Both the position numbers and the translations under genes were made by a program. From a virus, in IMG/VR virus record IMGVR_UViG_3300032163_000002, positions 32,001 through 96,000 of that record: a stretch of DNA of 64,000 nt. One strand, written 5' to 3'. A model generated the notes under the pieces. That model made no database searches and was not told where the DNA came from. It was given only the letters and a program-made list of their open reading frames with translations. This document shows, in pieces, positions 19,824 through 30,402 of this stretch (the first letter of the stretch is position 1; the number at the start of each line of letters is the position of its first letter).

Positions 19824-20332
19824 TCCTTTTCTTGAAGTAACTGCTCGACAATGCGCTCTACAGCTTCGAAACTGAATTTCTTGCCATGACGAACCTTCGT
19901 ATAATCAGTGCCTCGATTTACTGCATGAAAATCCCCAAGCACAGTAGGAGAGCCACCTTTCGGAAAAAGCAAAACAGCTTTTTCTTCGTATTCAGGACCA
20001 ACATACAGAATTGAATCCTGCTTATATTTCTTCCCTAGCGCCAAAGCTTTTTCCTTCGATAACCCCGGCACAATATAGGAAGGCTCGTCACTGCCTGTGT
20101 AGTTTCCCTGAGCATGGGAAAAGCCATACCCAAGTGAAGAAATGTCGTGCCCGAGCGCCTCCATGTCCAGTTTGTTCATATACCGGCCTGCGTCATGCGC
20201 TGACCGCGTTGTATCCACTGGCTCACGCTGCTGCTCCCATGCAGTCAGGATGGCAAAAGGACGCTCCCCAGCCTGCTTCCAAAGAGCATAGACGCGCGAG
20301 AGAGGTTCAGACTCGAAAAGCAACCACTTCAT
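19820..20332 (-). CDS. Conserved phage protein (DUF3293-like)
   Basis: FAILTAW...LGY....G.Y...E.SY.VP...LGKKY.QDSIL pattern. Confidence 0.65.
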   Translation of the reverse strand: MKWLLFESEPLSRVYALWKQAGERPFAILTAWEQQREPVDTTRSAHDAGRYMNKLDMEALGHDISSLGYGFSHAQGNYTGSDEPSYIVPGLSKEKALALGKKYKQDSILYVGPEYEEKAVLLFPKGGSPTVLGDFHAVNRGTDYTKVRHGKKFSFEAVERIVEQLLQEKE

Positions 20333-20370
20333 GAAAAGATAGTTCTACTTGCCGCCATGATTCATGAAAG

Positions 20371-21909
20371 CTATAAATTCTTCCCCGTCCAAAGTGCAGC
20401 GCAACCTTTTTGATTTCGATAAATCAAGCACAAGTAAGGTTTTTTCGTAATAACGTCTTGAACGGTCCACCATTCTGCACCCTCAATTCCAACAGTCAAC
20501 CACTCCATGCATTTAGGTACAGCAGTATAAAAACTAAGAAGAATATGCTCGCAAGGTTCGCCGTCGTCACAATTTTGAAAAGTGACTTTCTCCCCCGGTT
20601 TGAAAATAAACTCAGACATTTTTTTCATCCGGCGGAGTCAGTCGCGCGTAAAAAGTGATAATACCATTTTCCATAGTTGACCACTTAGTAATTGACCAAC
20701 CCTCGGCCACCATCTGATGCACTCTTTCTTCTCCGAGTTCAAGAAGGTAATCTTCTATCTTTTGCCGAAGTGTCATGCAGATTTTTTCTACCAATTCCGC
20801 AGTAATATCAGCTACATCACGCACTTTTCTTCTCCGAGTGATGCCCACACTTGCATTTTTCAGTAAGCCACTCGAAACAGAAATCAAAATGCTTGCCACA
20901 AGAAGTACAGGCATACACGTACATATAGGGATTTTTCACCCATTCAGGTATATGTTCGACCCCAACTTTTCCCCGGCACCAACGCTTCGTGTCTTTTTTG
21001 TGACTAGGGTACGAACGAACTTCCTCTTGCAGCGTTTCTACTTTTTTGACATCTTCTGCGGAAATTATTCGGTTCCCATCCCGCTTAAATCCCTTCGTTC
21101 CACAGCCACAAGCATGCTTGGGGTGACGCTTACACCTTTTCTTTTTGTAATTCAAGGCTTCTCCTCAACAGCCACGAAACCATCCTGTTCTGTTACTATT
21201 TTCTGTTCTGTTACTATTTTCTGGAATGTCACATATTTCGGTTTAATGGTAAGTTTTGTGATCTTCCCCGTCGCAAGTTCAATAACAACTGCCGGACCAT
21301 GTACCCAGCCTCCTGTCCCTGATAAACCTTCATAAGGAGGCGATGATGCCGCTGCAACTTTCTTTGCCTCTTCAAGTGATATAACGAAAAACGTCACGAC
21401 ACGAGCTTTATCCGTAGGCTGTGCTGGTAAATATGTCATCGAATGAGGAGGAATTGTTGCTATGGTTGTCCAAACAATAGGATTTGCAATGACAAAAGTA
21501 ACAACGAGAATAAAGCCATTCATGTCTCCTCCTCAATGTGCCACCACGGCAGAAGCATCCGGTCTGCTGGATCATCAGTTCGACCTAACGCAGAAACGAC
21601 AGGGACCCTCGGGATGACATCACCTTCAGGAGTTTTCTCTAGCGTGCCCTCGCAGGACAACACCAGATATCCGGGGCGTAAATCACTGAGTACTCCGGCG
21701 ACAATTTCTACACCTGCGGGTGTTCTCCGCGCGCTAATCACCTGCCCACATGTAGCACTTAAAAGATGGGATTTCTGTGGGAGAGCACTAAACTCCCAAA
21801 AGATAAACTTGCCGGGAAGCTGCCCCACGATGTCATCGAGAGCTTCCGATGCAAAGCGCCGTTTATTTTGTGTGAAATTCTCCGTGGCAACCAAAGCTCC
21901 GATTTTCAT
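20371..21909 (-). other. Small hypothetical genes (20371..20628, 20612..~20820, 20817..21155, 21152..21523, 21520..21909)
   Basis: Contiguous overlapping ORFs; 18-bp in-frame duplication (QKIVTE) at ~21185-21223. Confidence 0.65.
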
Positions 21910-22397
21910 GTTATTATTTCAGCTTGTCTAGTACGCGCTCGATAATCAAGCGTCAACAGTCGAGCCCCCTTCGGCAATTCGTGCTCGTCTTTCGCAGTTA
22001 CCTCAATCTCGTCAAACTTAAAATACAGTTCATTTCTCACGTCTTCTATGATGTATGGAGCGGTCACATCATTCACATTAAATTGTGTGTTCCCCAATGA
22101 AAGATTAAAGCTAGATATTTTCACTCCCTTGAACCAATAGCACCTCACCGGATCTCCAGCTTCCGACAGTAGCTCAACTTTGAACTCCCTGATTACACCA
22201 CTCAGATACATCCGGATCAACGCCAACCCATTTTCTTCCGTATGTATGAATTCTCGAAAAGAGATCCGACCATTCTTTTGCAGAAGGTCGATGTAGGCGC
22301 TCTCCACTGTCAAGCCAAAATATTCGCTGATGTATTTTGGCACATCCCACGGAATAGCGAATACGAAATTGAATGCTTTGATCGGCTCGAAATTCAT
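21906..22397 (-). CDS. Possible T4 gp19-like tail-tube-fold protein
   Basis: FEPIKAFNF start, KVELLSEAGDPVRCYWFKG and F.FD near the end resemble contractile tail tube proteins. Confidence 0.45.
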   Translation of the reverse strand: MNFEPIKAFNFVFAIPWDVPKYISEYFGLTVESAYIDLLQKNGRISFREFIHTEENGLALIRMYLSGVIREFKVELLSEAGDPVRCYWFKGVKISSFNLSLGNTQFNVNDVTAPYIIEDVRNELYFKFDEIEVTAKDEHELPKGARLLTLDYRARTRQAEIIT

Positions 22398-23617
22398 AGG
22401 GCAAGCTCCTCCACGTTCTCCCGAGTAGGTCCGTAGCTCCTGTATTTGATAGGCAAGTGGATCTCCCTGAGTAAAGACTGCTGGATGAGACTGTCCGTTA
22501 TAATTGGTGAGCGTAATTGATCCAGACAGGTCACAGCCAGCGTAGGTGGTGCCAGTATGCTCCTCGGAATTTCCGAAGAATCCTTGTCAATGGCTGCCTT
22601 GATGAGAGGCATGTCCAAATGCCCAAAGCGTAACGTACCCTGAAAATCATTCGGAGCATTCGTTTCATCCGGGTAAGAAATACTAAGGTCTTCCGTGGGA
22701 AACGGTCCTGCGCCATGCCGAGTCATGTAACCTCTGAGCACGTACACGACATCCAGTTCGTAAATCTTGTTCTGTCGCAAGTAGGGAATTACGTTGGTCA
22801 AGCCAGTGCGACTTCGTGTGACGTGAGGAAAAAACTTATGCTGCTCATCAAGAAGAAGTCCTTGAGCGCCCTCGAAGAGCAGATGACCAAAACCTTTCGG
22901 CGTCTCGTTAACAGTCGCCGCCTCGTCAAGAAATTGCTCCATTGCCCACATGAAATTCGTCAGCAGATGCTCCGACCAAAAACGTGACTCAAACATATCC
23001 TGTAAAGATGTCTCAAATTTCGCCGAAAGCCTCGGCATTAGCGCCGTTGCCCGACCTGCCGAATAGTCTCTGGAAACTACAAGAAAATCTCGCAACCACT
23101 CACGGGATGAAGCCTGATACACATATCCCGGAAGGGTTTCGCTACGTGTCACCGTCTCGTTAATCCCCACACCGCAGGAGCCATGCCGGGCACTGTGGCG
23201 CTGCTTCTCAAGCTCCTGATTCAACAGCATGTCCCACGGCGTAGTGAAAATAGCTTTACCATCTACGAACACAGGAGGGATCACAGCCATGACCTTACGT
23301 AGCTCTTCGCACTCCTTCTGCCACAACAACGGATTCACAATAAATTTGGAAGAAAGATAGGTAGCAGCACCCGCAAAAGTGCCACTACCAATGTGAGAAA
23401 AAGCATGGCGGTGTCTTTCCGGATCTGGTGTAACCGCTGTATGCCCAGCTTGTGCTCCGCCATTATACCGAATTACAAGCGTGTGCTCTGCGTCCTTGGC
23501 AGCGAAAAAATCAGTAATTAAGCCTTTTCCTTCATCACCCCAGCAAGCTCCTATAACCGCTGTTGCTCTCATCGTCAAAACTCCATATCTGGAAAGACTT
23601 TTATTTTGCGCCTGCAC
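22394..23617 (-). CDS. purA: Divergent adenylosuccinate synthetase-family (PurA-like) protein
   Basis: GACWGDEGKG, GGAQAGHT, FEGAQGLLLD, FPHVTRS, TRHGAGPFPTE; likely start ~23572 (MRATAV). Confidence 0.9.
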   Translation of the reverse strand: MQAQNKSLSRYGVLTMRATAVIGACWGDEGKGLITDFFAAKDAEHTLVIRYNGGAQAGHTAVTPDPERHRHAFSHIGSGTFAGAATYLSSKFIVNPLLWQKECEELRKVMAVIPPVFVDGKAIFTTPWDMLLNQELEKQRHSARHGSCGVGINETVTRSETLPGYVYQASSREWLRDFLVVSRDYSAGRATALMPRLSAKFETSLQDMFESRFWSEHLLTNFMWAMEQFLDEAATVNETPKGFGHLLFEGAQGLLLDEQHKFFPHVTRSRTGLTNVIPYLRQNKIYELDVVYVLRGYMTRHGAGPFPTEDLSISYPDETNAPNDFQGTLRFGHLDMPLIKAAIDKDSSEIPRSILAPPTLAVTCLDQLRSPIITDSLIQQSLLREIHLPIKYRSYGPTRENVEELAL

Positions 23618-24482
23618 TCACAAGCTGAGCCGTCACCGTACGAACAGCCAGCGCAGAATCTCCCTTCCAGCCATTCATCACGACATGAGGATCTCCACCC
23701 TCCACGAGCTGAATGATGGCAACGATGCCTTCTGCCAGCCGCTCGATATCCGGCACAAGAATAGCCCTCTCTCGTAAAAGAGCCTTCCAGTTCTTCTCAA
23801 CCTGCTGGTCTGTCACCGGACTTACGATGAGATGAAAAACATGCCAGTCCTTCTGCGTGTCAGCCAGAAGCACTTTGGAGTTCATGTCAGTTTCCGCTGA
23901 AACTCCAAGGAAATGCGTAAGCTGATCTTTCGTAAGCGTCGGGTGTGGGGACTCGTCACCAATAGTGAAAATGTAGCCCTTACGGTGGCGCTTCCGGATG
24001 GCGTCGCACTTCGTCTTGTAAGCAGCGAAAAACCACGCCAGCGAATAAGACTCTCCACCGTTGCCGCCGCCGTGCCCTTCAAGGTACATCTTGGCGATCT
24101 GGTCCACCATCGGCTCGACACTGGCTTCGAATTGCGTAACCTGTAGCGGAGCGCTATCGCAATTCGCATCCCCCAGCGCCATGCACATGATCTGAGGGTC
24201 AGTGACAGGCTTGCGCGCGTACAGTTCCTTCATGATGGTTCCGAGACTTCCCTTGATAATCGTCTCGGCGAGAATTCCCATCGACCCCGTCTCATCCGCG
24301 CCCAAGATGATCGGTGTCGCTTCAGGGTTAGCATCCGAATCCACAGCTTCCCGGAACTTGACCTTGGCCGGGTCCAGATCCGGATGAATATCTCTCTGTG
24401 TGAAAATCTGATCCCGGCTCTTGGCGCTGGTGGCATAAGCATGCCGGTTCCAATCAACATCTACGAATCGTGCGTTTCCCAT
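23601..24482 (-). CDS. vWA-fold protein
   Basis: MIDAS-like DETGSMG; GD...D..PLQVTQFE; GGGNGGESY; FTIGDE. Confidence 0.85.
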   Translation of the reverse strand: MGNARFVDVDWNRHAYATSAKSRDQIFTQRDIHPDLDPAKVKFREAVDSDANPEATPIILGADETGSMGILAETIIKGSLGTIMKELYARKPVTDPQIMCMALGDANCDSAPLQVTQFEASVEPMVDQIAKMYLEGHGGGNGGESYSLAWFFAAYKTKCDAIRKRHRKGYIFTIGDESPHPTLTKDQLTHFLGVSAETDMNSKVLLADTQKDWHVFHLIVSPVTDQQVEKNWKALLRERAILVPDIERLAEGIVAIIQLVEGGDPHVVMNGWKGDSALAVRTVTAQLVSAGAK

Positions 24483-24621
24483 GACTTCTCTCCCTTTGTG
24501 ATTAAAGCATTAAACATTCATTATTTTGACGTTTATATTGGTACTTAAATCATCATACTTTTTCACTACCTCCACTTCATTCTTGACACAAAACATTTTT
24601 ACTCATCAATTTATTTAGCGT

Positions 24622-26085
24622 TCATTCGACCTCTTTAGCTAAACCCCACAATTCATCATAAACCTTTTTCCAGTCTTCTCCAGCATTTACCCTGCGCTTA
24701 AGCTCATTATGTTTCTCTACATATTCATCGTAAACTTCTCCACCTTGTTCCCCATGAAGATCCACAAGAGCATCACGAATCAAGCGCCCTCTTTCTTCTT
24801 TATAAGATGTTGCCTTAAGCTGCTCTTCAAGTTCAGCAAAACGCTTTTCTAATTTCTTCAACCCTTCAGGTTTCTCAGGTGTAAATAGCATCAAATGTTT
24901 TTCCTTTTTACACAATCTCGATATTCGGAATCACTTTCACAATAGCTTTACGATAAGAACGTAATGCAAGCGAATCAAAATACCCCACCGGAACGTATAC
25001 AAAACTAATTGGCTTGCCGTAAGACGAGCTGATGGCGTCATGGAAAACTTGCGGATCAAAAAGGTATGTGTCGTCCAACCCCTTTGGAAATGCATACGAC
25101 GATAGCAGACCATTAGCATAAACCAAAAGGTTATGTGTGTCCGGCATTAAATTCGCCCACACTGAAACCTTGTGAAGCTCGCAGGCGCGTTGAAGCAAAT
25201 GACGCTGAATTCCGTGAATGACAAAGCCCTTCACAACTGTAAACCAGCCATTAGATTCGTCGATGACTAGGCGCAACCCAACCATTGCACCTCCTCGGCT
25301 ACTAATGGCCTTCTTGAACGCACGGGTGTTCGTGGCATAACCCAACACGAGCGAGAAGGAAGAATTCTCGCCGTTGATAGAAACACCTTTCTGGTAAAGT
25401 CGAATAAGTGTATAATGGCTCAATAGCACAGAATCATTCACCGCCTTGCAAATGTCATGTGCCGTTATTTCTTGAAAGTCGGTACTCAACATCATGACGA
25501 CCTTTTTTTCATTTAGACCCCTTCGACTAAAAAACTGAAGGAGGAATAATACAGTAACGCAGATCAACCCACACGAGTTCTCCTGTTTTTGGTACTTTCA
25601 CTAATGCCATCCCTTCCGGCATTGAATTCCGAAGCGCTTCAAGGCAGTCTTGCAGTGGCAGAGAACAGGGTGAAGACAGTACACTCCTTTTAACCAAGAA
25701 AAAGCCTCCAAAGAAAACCATTAGAATTACTAGACGGATTGTGATTTCACGAAAATTTGTGCTTAACACAACGATTCTTCCTTCAGAACCCCAACCTTTG
25801 CAGGTCTTCTTCCTCCTCTCCCGACAAGACAGAAATATCGGTAGCTCCTGATTTATAAGCTTTCACCAATCTGTCTTCCAACTCTTGAGACCAACGGCTT
25901 CTAGTTCGAAGATAAACGATATTTCCCACCTGTGCAACCGGAACCCCCAACTCTTCGGCTAGTTTACGCTCATAAATAACTGTTTCCTGTGTGAGTTGAT
26001 CCATCATCTCCTGAAATTCCTGCATTTTCTTTTCATCCTCCAAAGGAATTTCACAAGAAAAAGAAGTCATATCTTTATGACTCAT
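24622..26085 (-). other. Hypothetical genes (24622..24915, 24908..~25496, 25527..25769, 25783..~26085)
   Basis: Co-oriented ORFs. Confidence 0.65.
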
Positions 26086-26092
26086 GGATTCC

Positions 26093-26515
26093 TCACTTGA
26101 AGTCACCATCAGGCAGTTTATGCCACGGACGAGCATTATGAATTTCCTGCATCGTAGGAAAATTCTTTCCTTCAAATCTCCACGCGCGATCATCGAGGTA
26201 AATAAGGGCGGCAGGTTTTCTGTCAGTTACCTTGACTTCTTCGAACCCATGAATATCACCGTAAGTATCCCACATGATGTTGCCATATTTCTTCAGCCAA
26301 CGCCGCACCGCGCGCCGCCCCCTCCATGTTCGGCCTCGGGTCGTAAAGATCACTACAGCGAACTCCTGAAGAGTCTTATGAAGCCATTCGATAGCACCGG
26401 CTACCGGAGAGTCCGGAATGACATGCGGCGCGATCCACGGCGTGCTGTACTCATGAAGTACCCCATCCATGTCGCAGGCCACTGTATAGCGCCTTTTCAC
26501 CGATTCCACCTCCAA
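26093..26515 (-). CDS. HAD-superfamily phosphatase / 5'(3')-nucleotidase-like protein
   Basis: DMDGVL (motif I), FTTR (II), KP...YLDDRA (III/IV). Confidence 0.88.
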   Translation of the reverse strand: MEVESVKRRYTVACDMDGVLHEYSTPWIAPHVIPDSPVAGAIEWLHKTLQEFAVVIFTTRGRTWRGRRAVRRWLKKYGNIMWDTYGDIHGFEEVKVTDRKPAALIYLDDRAWRFEGKNFPTMQEIHNARPWHKLPDGDFK

Positions 26516-26520
26516 TCTAT

Positions 26521-26549
26521 AACTTACATCCGTAAGAAGCTCCTGTCAA
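26521..26549 (-). promoter_or_regulatory. Class B promoter TTGACA-17-TAAGTT with CTTAC-ggat-GTAAG
   Basis: Consensus match. Confidence 0.88.
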
Positions 26550-26559
26550 GAGGCAGCGC

Positions 26560-29500
26560 TCATTTCTTTCTCCCCTTCGTCTTTACCAGACTCATCAATT
26601 CACTCAAACGCTGTAGCTCAGAAAAAATATCCGTCATAATATCGTGTGCGATTTTTTTTGCTATCGGCCCTAATATCAACACTTTTCTATTCGGGTTGTA
26701 CAGGCAGTATTTCCACCGGCAATGATTCGGGTTCACCGGACACCGCGCAGGTAGCTGCGCATGTTTTTGTTTTTTCAGCGCAGGCTTGGGACCGTCTAAT
26801 CTGTGCGTAGATTTTCGCTTTGCGTTTTTCACGTTTCTCCAAAGCTTTTATAAGGCGCTTCTCGGTCAGTCTCCGTTCACATGGATTCTGCTCGATAATT
26901 CCCTCTGAAGGCTTCACATCATCTTTCACGAAATTCAAACGAAGATTCTTGAACGGATCTTTTACAACTTTAGGTGTTGATGGTGAAATGAAATTTACTT
27001 TCGTTCCCTCTGGAATCACAGCCGCCTGTTCCTCTGATAATTCAGCGATAGCACGAAGTTGTTCCATGATTTCAGGAGGTGGTGCTGGAACAGAAAATAC
27101 TTCCTCTTGTCTCTTCTCTGCTAGAACACGAAGCTGCTCATTCACAGCTTCTACCCCTGAAGATGCTCCACCTTCATCAACAGATGCAACCGGCAATTCC
27201 TCGGATTTTTGCTCTTCCATACTTTCCCCCTTCACACCCCCTTTTTGACAAAGGTTCTTGTTATAACTATGTCCTTACACCCCAAAAGGGTGCCCCCCTA
27301 CAAAATTCCCCGATTGTCATTAACATGCGTGCACCATATTTACGTACTTACGTTACCCCTGTAACCTTATCCACGTTAAGATTCCTTCTTTTTCTCCATA
27401 GATTTAACTTTCAACTGAACAAGCGCCTCATTCAAGTCAGCGATCAAAGCTCTGATCTCGTCTGGACCACCAATGAACCACTCCTGACAGGAATGAGGCA
27501 GGTAGGCCCCGTAGAAGCCCACACGTAAGGAATCCTTCAGATCATCCTTACGCCTAGCGTCCCCGACAAAATGCTCCCCATTCAAACGCGAACAAAAGCT
27601 CCCATCCGCAATACAGAGCATATCCCTACAATTTGTTGTGAGTTTAAGGTCGTCCTTGCAGTACGCCATGCTTTTTCTCTACTTTTTTCTTAGATTTGTT
27701 CTTGAAAATCTTCTTGATGGTCGGAACCGGAAAAGAGTCTATGAAAGTACCATAGGGGACAGGCTCAGCAGAAACCGGCTCATAAAGGCAGTTAAAAAAT
27801 GCCTGCCGAATACGCGCAAGGCCGCTAGGCATGAGTGCGATTCCAACGAGACTCACGAGGAAAACAAGCAAAGGAAGAAAATGAAAATCTATCTTCGCTG
27901 CGTACAGAGGTAAGCTACGTTCCATAAAAATTCTCCTCTTAAAGTTTCAAATGAATTATTGGATTTGGGTCATCCGGTTCTTCATTTAGGCGAGACAAAA
28001 TCTTGCCACGAAGAGCATCCAGAATCTCCTCTACGTTTTCCTCCTCCTTTTTCTTTTCTACTTGTATCTTTTTCTTGGCAGCTATTGATACTCCTGCCTT
28101 GGAATCAAAGCCAGCCATAAGATCGAGTTCCTTCTGCTCTTCCATCCACTCCATCACAAACTTGTCATCAAGATGCGCGGGGGGAAACGACCGTGTATTA
28201 TCAATCTGCGTAGAAAGCTTACCATGAATATATGCCCGAATTCCCTCGGGAGAAGCTGACTCCACGAATTTATGAAACAAGCCTGTATAAACTTCTACAC
28301 CCCTAGAAAACGCCTTTTCCACCATACTGCTTCTGGTCTTGATTCCACTTACATCCGTAAAACTGGAAGGCAGTGAAAATTTCGTAGATAAAATTGCAGT
28401 AGCACTTTTGGCTTCGCTGAGCGCGCTTTCCAGTCTTTCACGTTCACGATAAAGCCAGATAAGATCGAGCTTCAAACAAACGAGAAAAGAACGAAACTGC
28501 TCAGCATCCTTCAATTCACGAAACGTAATACGCTCCCCTTGCGGAGCCTTTAGACCATTGAGTAAATCCACAAAATTCTGATTCAGTTGAAGAACACGGC
28601 GCTCATCCACATGCAACTTTTTCTTACTCATAATTACATCCTGTCAGCGAGAATCTTCGCCCGAATGGCTGAGAAGTCTTTTTCGAAAGCTACAGCCTCC
28701 GTTTCCTGCTTGTTGAAAGGTGGTAATTCACCTACACATTCAAGGCGCAGATCCGCCAAAGTCGTATAATTGACCAATAAATGCGAGACGAAATCTGTCT
28801 GCACAGTCAATCCCTTAAGCGTAGGCAGAATTACAACATTTTCAGCGGCAAGCTTCAAGCCACCTTTTGCTCCAAATGTAAGCTTAGTGCCCATCCACCG
28901 AATTTCTACTGTGTTGATATTATGCATGGTATTCCGCAGATAAAGATGTACCTGACCATCACTTGCGACACTTGAAGCCGTAATGTGTGCCTCTATCGGA
29001 TGCTCATTGGTAACTTGATAAATTGGACGTGAACCCTCCAGCGAGAAAATCCCTGTAAACACGACAACTCGTTTGGAAGGCAATGAAACCGTTCCACGAG
29101 ACGCCCGTTTACTGGAATTCCTATGAATTCTTTTCACGCATTCCTCGCCAATAACTTTTCACGCGCCACCGCGAGTAAGTCTTCAACCTCACGTTCTTTG
29201 ATTTCTGCAACATACCGGGCAATACTCGGAAATGTAGGGAGACGAAGGCTGGACGTGACCCATGAAGAAGAAATAGCTGGTTGTATGCTCCGCGCCATCT
29301 TGAGATTTTTCTCAAACTCTGCACCGCAAACCGGAAGATACATTGATGTACCGTTGATAAATTCCATTCGCTGCTTTAGGAGCTGTGCTACGGTTGAAAA
29401 CCCAAGATCACTCGCAAAGAATTCAACTTCTGAAAGTGCGATGACACATTCCACCGCTATAACTTCCGTAGGTATCTTCTCTATTTCAGGATGTCTGGAA

Positions 29501-30327
29501 TAAAAAAGCTTCGCAAGCCCATGAACATAGGCGAGACTGATCTCCTGAATTTTGCCTTCCGGGGGTTTCTCTCCCCGATGCATGTCGTACAGCCCCATCA
29601 TTTTTTTACGAAGCTCGATGAGATTCTCTGTAGCAGAAACAGAAGGGGGGTTAAAGTCATTTGCAAAGTCACCCAGCTTTGGGTGCGATTTTTCAAGAGA
29701 AGAAGACTCCGTAGAAATCAAAGGAAGATACCCCCGGTCATCATCTTCTACGCCTCCATTGACCGCCGTAACTAGTTTCAATTCTTTAGTTACAGCTTCT
29801 ATCTCCGTGTCTGATTTTTTTTGATGAACTCCCGCAGCTTTATCCTGCTCGTTCATGAATTTCACAAACTCAGGATGAAGCGGCCTGCTACTGTGAAATT
29901 TATCCATCGCCATGCCTCTTCACGGTATAGCGCTTGTCATGAAGCCACTTGTTCCACTTTCGAACCTGATGCCACTTCCACCATTTCAGCACCCAGCGCA
30001 TTACGAAACACCCGATGGAAAAACCGAGTAGAGTCCAGAGCACCCGAAGACCCCATATCTTCGTCATGATTACTCCGCCTCCATCTCCATGAGCAGGCCA
30101 CGCAGTAGCTTCAGCGCCGCTGTACGCTCGGAGGTTGCCGTGAGAGGGTAGGAAGGCAGGTACTTGCCGTTCGCGTCACGTAGCTCTCCGTGGACATGCA
30201 GAAGAGCCGAAGCTTCAGGGCTGACCTTCCAGATCAAACAGATAGGGGAAAAAAGCTTGGCGGAATCCGGCCAGACCGTATATCCGGCTTTTTGAAGCTC
30301 GCGGATAACCTCAACGCGATTCATCAC
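26560..30327 (-). other. Hypothetical genes (26687..27235, 27376..27669, 27644..27925, 27939..28631, 28634..29137, 29134..29913, 29900..30067 Trp-rich membrane peptide, 30070..30327)
   Basis: Contiguous ORFs; 29900..30067 (55 aa, MTKIWGLRVLWTLLGF...) is not in the ORF track. Confidence 0.65.
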
Positions 30328-30333
30328 CCTTAT

Positions 30334-30362
30334 AACTTACACCTGTAAGAATAAAAAGTCAA
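30334..30362 (-). promoter_or_regulatory. Class B promoter TTGACT-17-TAAGTT with CTTAC-aggt-GTAAG
   Basis: Consensus match; 6 nt separate the -10 box from GTG 30327. Confidence 0.88.
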
Positions 30363-30402
30363 GGGAAAAAGAAAAGGGTAATAACCCACGAAACTGCTTA
30401 CT

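Noticed and set aside
22394-23617. PurZ / 2-aminoadenine (Z-genome) pathway
   Set aside because: The protein retains the GDEGKG Asp rather than the PurZ Ser, and no DatZ- or MazZ-like gene was recognised in the window
24483-24621. Plus-strand promoter at the TTGACA near 24583
   Set aside because: No good -10 at 17 bp and no downstream plus-strand gene or terminator
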